Shown: piece by piece, positions 10,495 through 18,712 of the stretch
Layout: every line of letters begins with the position of its first letter
Position numbering within the stretch: position 1 is the stretch's first letter
Source: Bosea sp. (in: a-proteobacteria)
GTDB lineage: Bacteria > Pseudomonadota > Alphaproteobacteria > Rhizobiales > Beijerinckiaceae
Reading direction: 5' to 3'
Assembly (NCBI GenBank): GCA_031375185.1
Contig: JANMHN010000294.1
Span: 1 to 49,710 of the forward strand
Length of the DNA: 49,710 bases
Made by a program: the position numbers and the translations under genes
Notes under the pieces: generated by a model
Databases searched by the model: none
Told to the model about the DNA's origin: nothing
What the model saw: only the letters and a program-made list of their open reading frames with translations

Positions 10495-11252
10495 GCACAC
10501 TTCATCTCGTGCATGGTGTGATGCGGGCGGGGAGCAAGATGCCCTCGCTGGACTTGGCAGCGGCCATCGCGGGCGGCGAACTCACACTTGTGCGCGCGCA
10601 TGAGCTTGCCGCGCTCACCACACGCCTGCCAGAACAGCTTGCGTGCGGAACGCCTGCCATAGAGCTGTTCAGCGATGTCGAGCGCACGCGTTCTGCCGCA
10701 CTGGAGCATCACCGCGTGCTGTCGGACGTTGCCGCCAGCCATGATATTGCCCCCGTCAGGCTCGGTGCCCTGCGCGTCGGCGAAGCGTCCATCGTCGAGA
10801 TGCTTCAGGCTGATGCGGCCCAGCTGTCGGATGCACTGGACACTGTCTCCGGCATGGTCGAGCTTGCCTTGCGCATCGTGGCAACGGGCGGGCCTGGGCC
10901 TGTACTTGCGCCTGCACCGGGCATGCAACCGGCCACGGGCCGTGACTACCTGCGTGCCCGCAGTGCCAGCGCCAGTGCTGGCCGCGATCATGATGCGCGC
11001 GTTACCTCTTTCGTGCGGGATGCGAAAGAACTGCTTGATGCCGTTGCGGGCGAGACCCGTGCCTCGGCCGGCATGACGCCTCCCGGCCAGCCGCGTCGCT
11101 GGCTTGACCTTGCCATGCTGGTGAACCGCGACACTGTGAGCTGCGTGGAGACACTGGTGCAAGGCCTCGTGCACCGCGCCGAACCTCTGCGTCTTGCCAT
11201 CACGCTCAGCGGCCCATGGCCTGCCTATTCTTTCGTTGCGAAGGAGGGCTGA
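10482..11252 (+). CDS. GvpL/GvpF-family protein
   Basis: HHRVL, APVRLG, GRDYLRAR, C-terminal SGPWPAYSF; GTG start with GGAGG RBS at 10471. Confidence 0.85.
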   Translation: MGGLSTLHLVHGVMRAGSKMPSLDLAAAIAGGELTLVRAHELAALTTRLPEQLACGTPAIELFSDVERTRSAALEHHRVLSDVAASHDIAPVRLGALRVGEASIVEMLQADAAQLSDALDTVSGMVELALRIVATGGPGPVLAPAPGMQPATGRDYLRARSASASAGRDHDARVTSFVRDAKELLDAVAGETRASAGMTPPGQPRRWLDLAMLVNRDTVSCVETLVQGLVHRAEPLRLAITLSGPWPAYSFVAKEG

Positions 11253-11257
11253 CCGCG

Positions 11258-11497
11258 ATGGCCTACGATCACGCAGCAGATTTCCTAGACCCAGCCGCCA
11301 ATGCCGACTCGGCACTGGTGAACCTGCTGGACAGGCTGCTTGATCGCGGCCTCGTGCTCTCGGGTGACATCCGCATTTCGGTGGCCGATGTGGACCTTGT
11401 CTATATCGGATTGAAGCTCTTGGTCTGCTCGGTCGACACGGCCGAACGCTACCGTCTTGGCATCCGCCGCGATGAACAGCTGGAGCATGCGGCATGA
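11258..11497 (+). CDS. GvpA-like minor gas vesicle protein (GvpJ/M/S type)
   Basis: LVNLLDRLLDRGLVLSGDIRISVADVDLVYIGLKLL; AAGGAGG RBS before ATG 11258. Confidence 0.88.
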   Translation: MAYDHAADFLDPAANADSALVNLLDRLLDRGLVLSGDIRISVADVDLVYIGLKLLVCSVDTAERYRLGIRRDEQLEHAA

Positions 11498-12174
11498 GCG
11501 GGTTTCAGTCCTCGCTGATCGGCATGGCACGCGCCGCAGATTGGGCGCATGTGGATCTTGCTCCCCTACATGCCGACGTTTTCGGCGGGGTCGCCGTGAT
11601 CTTGTCTCCGGTTGCCGATCTGGGCCGTCTGCACCACCAGCTTGTTGTTGCAGCGTGCCGACGCGGGCCTTTCCTTCCGGCAAAGGCAGGGCAAATATGG
11701 ACCGGGGAGCAACGCAATTGCTGGCATGCGCCTGATGTGCAGCAGGCTTGCCTCCAGCAGCTTGATCTTGTGGCAGGCTGCATCGAGATCACAGTACAAA
11801 TGTCCTTGCATGAGCCAGCCCAGACAGGACAGCCTGTGCGCGATGGCAGGCTCTATCTGCGCCAGCGGCAGAGTGCGCTTTCCGCGGCAGCCGCTGTGGA
11901 AATGCGCCTGGGCCGCCTCGCCGACCGGATCATCGAAGCGACGGGCACAGCCGTCCGTTCATCGCTCAGGACAATGTCGTGCGAGAACGGGCTTGTCGGC
12001 CTGATGTTGGCGCTTCTGGTGCCGCGCAGCATGGCGGCGGCACTTGTGCCGGACATCGACACCCTGACATTGACGTCTGATCCGGATGTGGTCGTGCGCA
12101 TCGATGGACCCTGGCCAACTTACCATTTCGCCATGCCAGCCCTGGCTGACATGACAGGAGCGCTCGCCGCATGA
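11494..12174 (+). CDS. Divergent GvpL/GvpF-family protein
   Basis: GRLYLRQR and terminal GPWPTYHF motifs; ATGA overlaps on both sides. Confidence 0.75.
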   Translation: MSGFQSSLIGMARAADWAHVDLAPLHADVFGGVAVILSPVADLGRLHHQLVVAACRRGPFLPAKAGQIWTGEQRNCWHAPDVQQACLQQLDLVAGCIEITVQMSLHEPAQTGQPVRDGRLYLRQRQSALSAAAAVEMRLGRLADRIIEATGTAVRSSLRTMSCENGLVGLMLALLVPRSMAAALVPDIDTLTLTSDPDVVVRIDGPWPTYHFAMPALADMTGALAA

Positions 12175-12542
12175 ATGCCCACGTCCAGCCGGCACAGACC
12201 TCGGCACCGTTGTCGCTATCTGCCGCCGAGGTGGATCAGGCGGTCACATCCGCCTTCCAGCAGCTTGGCGCGATCTCGTCGAACGCCATCGCGATCGACC
12301 CAGAGCGTGTTCAGCATGACCTGGCGCGGCTGGTGCTGGCGCTCGTCGAATTCCTGCGCCGTCTTCTCGAGCTTCAGGCCATCCGCCGGATGGAAGCGGG
12401 CAGCCTAACCCTTGATGAAGAAGAGCGCATCGGCACCACGCTAATGCTGGCGCGCGAACGTGTTCTGGAACTGGCTGATGGCTTTGGCCTGAAGCCATCC
12501 GATCTCAACCTCGATCTTGGCCCGCTTGGCCGTCTTTGCTGA
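12171..12542 (+). CDS. gvpK: Gas vesicle protein GvpK
   Basis: LARLVLALVEFLRRLLELQAIRRME.G.L...E.ER.G..L...DLNLDLGPLGRL. Confidence 0.93.
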   Translation: MNAHVQPAQTSAPLSLSAAEVDQAVTSAFQQLGAISSNAIAIDPERVQHDLARLVLALVEFLRRLLELQAIRRMEAGSLTLDEEERIGTTLMLARERVLELADGFGLKPSDLNLDLGPLGRLC

Positions 12543-12559
12543 ACCGAAGTGCTGAACCC

Positions 12560-15382
12560 ATGAAAAAGACCAAGCAAGCTTCTGTCGCGTCACCGCAAGC
12601 CCAAGCCAGCCTCGGGTCTTTGCCCGTCATGCTGGGCGCCTGTTTCGGAGGTGCGGCCCTCATGGTTTCGGTGGGGCTGGCAGGCGCGCTTCAAGGCTCC
12701 GGCATGCTGACAACCGCCGGGCTCACCGGGGCGCTTTTCGTCCTGCTTGCGGGCATGGTACTGCTGCCGGTCATACTGGACCGCATGGTGCGAAAGCCGC
12801 TCGCCAGCCTTGCCACGGGCATGATGACGCTCACACAGGACAGTGCAGGCCAGATGATCCAGATGTCCAGGCAGTCCGATGCCATCGGCGAGGTGGCCCG
12901 TGCCTCCATCGCCATGCTGGAGCGCCACGATCATGTGGAAGGGATGGCCGGCAGCCTGCGCGAGGCGCAAGGCTTCAGCCGCGACCTTCACGAGACAGCC
13001 GCTCTCCTGAAGCAGGGCCAGACCCAGATCGCCAAAGGCCTGGTGTCGACAGCCGAGGAGCTTGAGGCTCTTCGCCGCACTGTCAGCGACGGTCAGGCCG
13101 ACATCACAAACGTTTATGCCCGTGCCGTGCGGGAGGCCGAACGGAATGCGGGAGCCTTCGAGGCTGTCCAGCAGGATCTGTCAACATCTGGCCAGATGGT
13201 CATCAACGCCGTGTCAGCGCTGCAGCGCGAGACGTCTGCCGTGGCTGGCCAGCGCGCGCTGATGTCAGCGGGCATCGTGGCGGCTGCCAGCGAACTGAAC
13301 GAGGTCACACGCACACTTGCCGTCCATGTCGACATGCTTGGGCCACAAGGCCATGACGTGCGTTCGGCTCTGCTCGACATCGCGGATCGCCGCGCCTCCT
13401 TCGTGCAGACCATCGAGCAGGCAACAACTGCTGCAACCCGCCTGAACGACGTGCTCTCACGTGTCGACGAGCGCGTCAGCCAAGCCGTTGGCGACACGGG
13501 CTCGCTCAAGTCCGCCATCGAAGCGATGGCGCCAAAACTGGATGAAGCACTGAGCGGTGTGCAGATGGTGGGACGCGCCCTGCCTGAAGCTGCCATGCTG
13601 ATCACTGGCAGCCTCGAAAACATCGAGGCCGCTGTTTCAGAAGCCCGCAGTTCGGTCGATGTCAAACTCGTCGCCCTCGCCGCCAATGCAGCGACCCAGG
13701 CCGAATATGCCGGCGGCCTGGGCGAGTTCCAGACAGCTTTCGAGACCATGCGGGACGATGTCGGCGAAATGCGCCAGTCGTTCATGCCCGTCATCAAGGA
13801 CATTCAGGAAACACTTGATCGATCCGTCGAAAGCCTTGCCACGCTGGAGCGTGTCAGCGTCGATATCGGTTCGGTCCAAGGCAGTGTGGCACCAATGGTC
13901 GACCAGGTCAGGCATGCGCTGGACCGCACTGTCGAAACACTCGCGAGCCTCGAACGTGTCACATCCGACATGAAACCCGCATCCGGCGGCACGGCCCATG
14001 CCAACCCGCTGCAGGTGATCCAGCCGGAAATCGATCTGGCCCAGAAGCTGCTCGTCGGGTTCCGCCTGATCATGCGTTCGCTTGGCGAAGAGGTCGATAC
14101 GCTCCGTACGAAAGTTGCCGAAATCGAAGCCCCGCAGCCTTCCGGCACACTGTTTCCCACAGGTCTTGCTCCCACAGGTCTTGATGCAGACCTCACCGGT
14201 CGCCTTGACCAGATCGAAGCAAGACTGGCCGACATTGCAGCAGCCATCAGCACCCACGCCGCTGCTGCACCCACCGGTGCATCATTGGCCAAGTATGGGG
14301 AAATCCTGCCGCCCACGCAGGATCTTGGACCAGAGCAACTCAGTTTCCAGCGTCTTCTCGTAGGATTCCGGGTTCTGATGCGCAACATATCATCCGAAAG
14401 CGAGCGTCTGCAGAGCAGTGTGTCCCGTATCGCGCAGGATGCCGATGGCCTGGCAGGCGTGGCAACGCCCCACACCGAACGGCTGGAGCAGATGCTGGGA
14501 GCGATGGGCGAGATGATCGCGCAGCTTGGCGAACGGCTGCGTGACGTGCCGGTCGGCACAGCCGCAAGACCAGCCACCGGAACCCATGTGTTCGATGCGC
14601 AGCAGGCCGGTTTTGAACGGGTTCTCGTGGGCTTCAGGCTTCTGATGCGCGACCTGGGGCAAGAGGCTGACAAGCTGCGCGGGGTCGTCTCGCATGCAAA
14701 TGCTGCCAGTGCAGGGGCTGACACGTCCGGTGCTGACACGTCGGGTGCTGACACGTCGGGCGCGGTGGTCATCGGGCGCGTTGACAGCCAGATGCAGGCC
14801 CTGAATGCGAGTTTCTCGACCCTGCTCGTCGATCTCGAAACACGCCTGTCATCACCCCTTGCGGATGCGGCCGACAACATCGGATTTGCCGTTGCCGAAA
14901 CACTGGCATTGCTTGAGCAACGCCTGGCCGAGCCCATTCACCAAATGGTCGAAAGCGCACGCGATTGCGCGCAGATGCTGCGAGATGTGAAACAGTCCCT
15001 CGCCGCTCAACCCGTTGCCCTCGCATCTGCCCAGACACCGGTGCCCTATCAAAGTTCCGGTTCCGGCAGTTCGGCTGAACGCCTCGGGGAAGTGACCAGC
15101 CGGATGGACAGGTGGATCAGCCAGGTTGACGGAACCATGGCCGAGCTGACGAGGAACCTCTCTGGATCGCACGACATTTCAGATCCCGAACTGCAAGAGG
15201 CACTGGACGAGCGGATCGCCCAGCTTGGTGTGCTCGCAACACAGATGCGGCGCGAGACAAGCGAGTTCGTCGCTGTCGGAGCCGCCATCTCGCGGGATCT
15301 GGAAGATCATGCAGAGCCAGAAATGCAGAAGAAAGCGGCCACCGGCGGCATGGGAAGCCTGTTCGGTCGGCGGAAAAAATAG
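12560..15382 (+). CDS. Large membrane-anchored HAMP/coiled-coil protein of unknown function with internal repeats
   Basis: Two N-terminal hydrophobic helices, HAMP-like PLASLA...DAIGEVARA, long heptad-rich region; no chemoreceptor signalling hairpin. Confidence 0.75.
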   Translation: MKKTKQASVASPQAQASLGSLPVMLGACFGGAALMVSVGLAGALQGSGMLTTAGLTGALFVLLAGMVLLPVILDRMVRKPLASLATGMMTLTQDSAGQMIQMSRQSDAIGEVARASIAMLERHDHVEGMAGSLREAQGFSRDLHETAALLKQGQTQIAKGLVSTAEELEALRRTVSDGQADITNVYARAVREAERNAGAFEAVQQDLSTSGQMVINAVSALQRETSAVAGQRALMSAGIVAAASELNEVTRTLAVHVDMLGPQGHDVRSALLDIADRRASFVQTIEQATTAATRLNDVLSRVDERVSQAVGDTGSLKSAIEAMAPKLDEALSGVQMVGRALPEAAMLITGSLENIEAAVSEARSSVDVKLVALAANAATQAEYAGGLGEFQTAFETMRDDVGEMRQSFMPVIKDIQETLDRSVESLATLERVSVDIGSVQGSVAPMVDQVRHALDRTVETLASLERVTSDMKPASGGTAHANPLQVIQPEIDLAQKLLVGFRLIMRSLGEEVDTLRTKVAEIEAPQPSGTLFPTGLAPTGLDADLTGRLDQIEARLADIAAAISTHAAAAPTGASLAKYGEILPPTQDLGPEQLSFQRLLVGFRVLMRNISSESERLQSSVSRIAQDADGLAGVATPHTERLEQMLGAMGEMIAQLGERLRDVPVGTAARPATGTHVFDAQQAGFERVLVGFRLLMRDLGQEADKLRGVVSHANAASAGADTSGADTSGADTSGAVVIGRVDSQMQALNASFSTLLVDLETRLSSPLADAADNIGFAVAETLALLEQRLAEPIHQMVESARDCAQMLRDVKQSLAAQPVALASAQTPVPYQSSGSGSSAERLGEVTSRMDRWISQVDGTMAELTRNLSGSHDISDPELQEALDERIAQLGVLATQMRRETSEFVAVGAAISRDLEDHAEPEMQKKAATGGMGSLFGRRKK
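14714..14758 (+). repeat. 3 x 15-bp in-frame tandem repeat (GADTS)
   Basis: ggggctgacacgtcc-ggtgctgacacgtcg-ggtgctgacacgtcg. Confidence 0.9.
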
Positions 15383-15408
15383 ACAGAACAAAGAACATCG
15401 TTGTGCCG

Positions 15409-15423
15409 TTAAACTCATCTTAA
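15409..15423. promoter_or_regulatory. Perfect CtrA-type box upstream of the pyp operon
   Basis: TTAA-ACTCATC-TTAA in AT-rich intergenic DNA about 90 bp before GTG 15514. Confidence 0.75.
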
Positions 15424-15513
15424 GATTGTCAATTTACTCATTTAATCCATGGTTTTGACTGTTTGCAGATCACCATTGCTTCAGAACAAACCGGAGCGTG
15501 AAGGAGAAACAAG

Positions 15514-15921
15514 GTGACGCGAGAGCCAATCGCCCATCTTTACAAAGACGGGACCCGCTTCGAGCTCGTCTATCCGGAATACGGTGTCATTGTTCGTGGT
15601 CCCCATCCTGAATGGGTTCTCGAAGCTGGCGCCGAAGTTCTGGCACAGATCGACAAGACGCGATCCGAGGGCACCATCGAAGAGATGGAAATGCTCAAGG
15701 AGTTCAACGCCGAAGATATTTCCGACATGGAAATCGCAGGGTTGAAGCAGGAAAACGCCGAGCGGTTCAACACTGTTCCCCAATGCATCGTGCAAATGGG
15801 CAATGCTGACTACCGCTGGGTTGCCAAAGATGGACGCGCGCTGCGCGGGCATCAGATGATCGAGCGTCTGCACGACGCATCGCTCCTACGCAGCAATGAC
15901 TGGCTGACCCACCAGCCCTGA
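15514..15921 (+). CDS. Hypothetical protein directly upstream of pyp
   Basis: GTG start with AAGGAG RBS; 135 aa; first gene after the CtrA box. Confidence 0.8.
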   Translation: MTREPIAHLYKDGTRFELVYPEYGVIVRGPHPEWVLEAGAEVLAQIDKTRSEGTIEEMEMLKEFNAEDISDMEIAGLKQENAERFNTVPQCIVQMGNADYRWVAKDGRALRGHQMIERLHDASLLRSNDWLTHQP

Positions 15922-15969
15922 TCCTCACAATTCGATTCACGAAGACAGTAAAAGGACTGGGAGCCTCCC

Positions 15970-16344
15970 ATGGAAATCATCCCGTTCGGCGCCAAAGATA
16001 TTGACAACATCCTGCAGAAGGAACCAAACCGTGCAGAGTTTCTGCCGTTTGGTGCCATCCTGCTCGATCGCAATGGCGTCATCCTGAAATACAATGCCGC
16101 CGAAGGTCTGATCGTTGGCCGTTCGGCATCCGACACGATGGCGAAGAACTTCTTCAATGATGTTGCGCCTTGTGCAAAAGGCAAGCGCATGCACTCGGAA
16201 TTTCTGCGGTTTGCCAGGTCTGGCCAGATCAATGTCATGCTCGACTACGAGTTTGACTACAAGATGAAGCCAACACGCGTTCGCATTCACATGAAGAGCT
16301 CACCGGACGGCCAGCAGTGCTGGATGTTCATCAAGCGCTTGTGA
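15970..16344 (+). CDS. pyp: Photoactive yellow protein
   Basis: 124 aa PAS protein with LPFGAI, Y41-N-A-A-E45, R51, NFF.DVAPC68, W near the C-terminus; equivalents of Tyr42/Glu46/Arg52/Cys69 present; pcl and tal nearby. Confidence 0.96.
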   Translation: MEIIPFGAKDIDNILQKEPNRAEFLPFGAILLDRNGVILKYNAAEGLIVGRSASDTMAKNFFNDVAPCAKGKRMHSEFLRFARSGQINVMLDYEFDYKMKPTRVRIHMKSSPDGQQCWMFIKRL

Positions 16345-16380
16345 CGGCTCGCACAACGGCCGAGTGACCTGGATCAGACG

Positions 16381-16917
16381 ATGAACCACATCATGTTCTT
16401 TCCTGCCTTTGATCAACTTGCCGCCCTGTCGGCAGGTGCGATCATGGCGTCGCGAGCCGACGAGGAAAGCGATGTGGGCGTCAGCGTCGGTCATGCCCAA
16501 TGCAATCTGACATCGGTGACCCGCACAGGTTCTTCACCTCTGGTTTTCCAGGGCAGACTGCTGATCGACGAAGCGTTCGGAGATCACGAGCTGAAGCTCT
16601 TTGAGGCTACGGATGATGACTTTGTCTGCCTGTTTGGCATGACATCGCTGTCTGATGTCCCTTCGCTTCGGGTCATTGGTGCCGGATCGGCGGACGAGGT
16701 CAAGCTAGCCATGAGCACGCTCGATCCACTCAAGATGATCGACGCCAACATGCCGCCAGGCCTGTCTGCGCGTGAAAATCTGCAGGCCATCCAAGAACGT
16801 CTGAGGGCGGCCCGTGCGGCCCTGACAAGTTTAGGTTGTATTCTGAATGTTGATGTCAGCGACGCAATAGCGCGTCTTGCTGCACTCTGTGATGGAGAAC
16901 AAACGTGGCTGCAGTGA
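16381..16917 (+). CDS. Hypothetical protein, divergent paralog 1 of a pyp-associated family
   Basis: RTGSSPLVFQG...ELKLF..TDDDFV...LDP resembles motifs in the ORFs at 16905 and 18713. Confidence 0.7.
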   Translation: MNHIMFFPAFDQLAALSAGAIMASRADEESDVGVSVGHAQCNLTSVTRTGSSPLVFQGRLLIDEAFGDHELKLFEATDDDFVCLFGMTSLSDVPSLRVIGAGSADEVKLAMSTLDPLKMIDANMPPGLSARENLQAIQERLRAARAALTSLGCILNVDVSDAIARLAALCDGEQTWLQ

Positions 16918-17405
16918 GCATTCATGCCCGCACAAGCTATGACAACGTCGAGGAATTCGGCGCTGTGGACACGCGGATGGACCAGATGGGCCTCGATGCC
17001 CAGGTCATGACCCTGAAACGGTCCGGAGAGCGCCCTGTGCGTTTCCGTGGTTTCGAGGTCTGCTGTGCGTCAAGCCATCGTTCCGGGCCGCCCTTCTGGT
17101 ATGAAATCAACGTGTTCCGGACAACAGATGACCGGTTCTTCGCTGATGTTCGCCTTTACCAGAAGTCTGATGCCTTCAAGGAACGTTTCACGGTCTTTGA
17201 AGCATCGAGTTTCGAGATGGCGATCGACGCCTTGCGCGGCTACGATCCCGTGCGGGATATCCAAGTCGATACCTTCTTCGACGGTGATGTCGCGCCTGTC
17301 GAGATCGCGCTTGAAGCTGCCCGGCTGCGCCTCAGGATGGAAGAAGCCAAGTCGCAGTACAATGACCTGATCGGCGATGTCCTGAGCCAGATCGAAAATC
17401 GCTGA
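16905..17405 (+). CDS. Hypothetical protein, paralog 2 of a pyp-associated family
   Basis: LKRSGERPVRFRG...WYEINVFR...YDP...MEEAKSQY; GGAG RBS before GTG 16905. Confidence 0.82.
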   Translation: MAAVSIHARTSYDNVEEFGAVDTRMDQMGLDAQVMTLKRSGERPVRFRGFEVCCASSHRSGPPFWYEINVFRTTDDRFFADVRLYQKSDAFKERFTVFEASSFEMAIDALRGYDPVRDIQVDTFFDGDVAPVEIALEAARLRLRMEEAKSQYNDLIGDVLSQIENR

Positions 17406-17438
17406 CAGCCCCACGGGCAGTCAGACCATGCCTGAATC

Positions 17439-18674
17439 GTGGCATTATCCGACATGATTCGTCGTCACTCTCTCTTCCGCGTGGTTGCCAGCCTGGTTGC
17501 GAACGAGCTTTCGGTCCTGCGCGGGCGTCCAGTGGACATTTCCGCCCAGTTGACCTGGACAGAAGACACGCGCCTCGACGACGCGCCTTCGTCACACGGT
17601 TCCCTGTCATTCGACAGCCTGGCCCGCCTCGATGTATCGGGCCGCCTGAACAACTTTTTCCACATGCATGAAACCGGCGTCGAAGATTATCTCCTGACGC
17701 AGAAGACGCTCGGCGGTCTTGTGGATGTTGTCACAGCCGCCATGAAGCTCGGTTTCGCGCGGATGACCTTCCAGACGTCAGGATCGACAGGTCAACCCAA
17801 GCCCTGCATGCACGAAACAGCCTCGCTGATGCAGGAAACCCTGCATCTGGCGTCGATGTTTAGCGGAGCCAAACGCGTCATTGCGCTCGTTCCGCCTCAT
17901 CACATCTACGGCTTCCTGTTCACGGTGTTGCTGCCGGAGGAGCTTGGCATTGACGTTGAGGATGCCCGCCTGTGGCCGCCATCGCGCATGGCACGAGAGC
18001 TGGGGAAGGGAGATGTCGTGATCGCCACACCGCACATGTGGCGCTATCTGGCGGCGTCGGTGCCTTCACTGGCACAAGGCGTCACCGGCGTCACATCGAC
18101 CGCGCCGATGCCCGATGTGCTCAAAACCGATCTTTCACGGTGCGGATTGACGGACCTGATCGAGATCTATGGCTCCTCCGAAACCGCTGGAATTGGCTCC
18201 CGAAGCCTGGCTGAAACCGCATTTTCGCTGTTCCCCTACTGGCAACGCGACATGGACAACCTGGTCCGCATCAGGGCGGACGGCCTTTCGGCAGAACCGG
18301 TTCGTGTGATGGACAAGCTTGTCTGGTCTGATGCCAACCATTTCATTCCCTCAGGCCGCACTGACGGGGCCGTGCAGGTTGGTGGCATCAATGTTTTCCC
18401 GGACCGTGTCGCCGCCATCATCCGGCAACACGAGCGAGTTGCTGATTGCACGGTTCGCATCACCCATCTGGGCGGAGACATGGCACGCGCAAGGCTCAAG
18501 GTATTCGTCGTGCCGCTCGCCACATCGGGAGAGACAGATGTGACGGATGACGGTCTTGCGCGGGAACTCGAGCAGTATGCCGACGCTCACCTTGCGCCAC
18601 TCGAACGACCGGCGATGTGGCAGTTCGGCGAGAGACTGCCGCGCAATGCCATGGGCAAGCTTGTTGACTGGTGA
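17439..18674 (+). CDS. pcl: 4-coumarate--CoA ligase, PYP-activation family
   Basis: Adenylation motifs TSGSTGQPK, PPHHIYG, YGSSETAG, GRTD, LPRNAMGK; short 411 aa form next to pyp; start may be ATG 17454. Confidence 0.9.
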   Translation: MALSDMIRRHSLFRVVASLVANELSVLRGRPVDISAQLTWTEDTRLDDAPSSHGSLSFDSLARLDVSGRLNNFFHMHETGVEDYLLTQKTLGGLVDVVTAAMKLGFARMTFQTSGSTGQPKPCMHETASLMQETLHLASMFSGAKRVIALVPPHHIYGFLFTVLLPEELGIDVEDARLWPPSRMARELGKGDVVIATPHMWRYLAASVPSLAQGVTGVTSTAPMPDVLKTDLSRCGLTDLIEIYGSSETAGIGSRSLAETAFSLFPYWQRDMDNLVRIRADGLSAEPVRVMDKLVWSDANHFIPSGRTDGAVQVGGINVFPDRVAAIIRQHERVADCTVRITHLGGDMARARLKVFVVPLATSGETDVTDDGLARELEQYADAHLAPLERPAMWQFGERLPRNAMGKLVDW

Positions 18675-18712
18675 TCTCGGGACTGGCGGGTTCCGGACTG
18701 GCGAGCCTTGAT

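Noticed and set aside
8806-10500. 564 aa minus-strand ORF
   Set aside because: Antisense shadow of CDC48 and gvpL/F; no motifs; expected in high-GC DNA
12560-15382. Calling the large protein GvpC or an MCP
   Set aside because: It has TM helices and only one 35-aa duplication, unlike GvpC, and lacks the MCP hairpin
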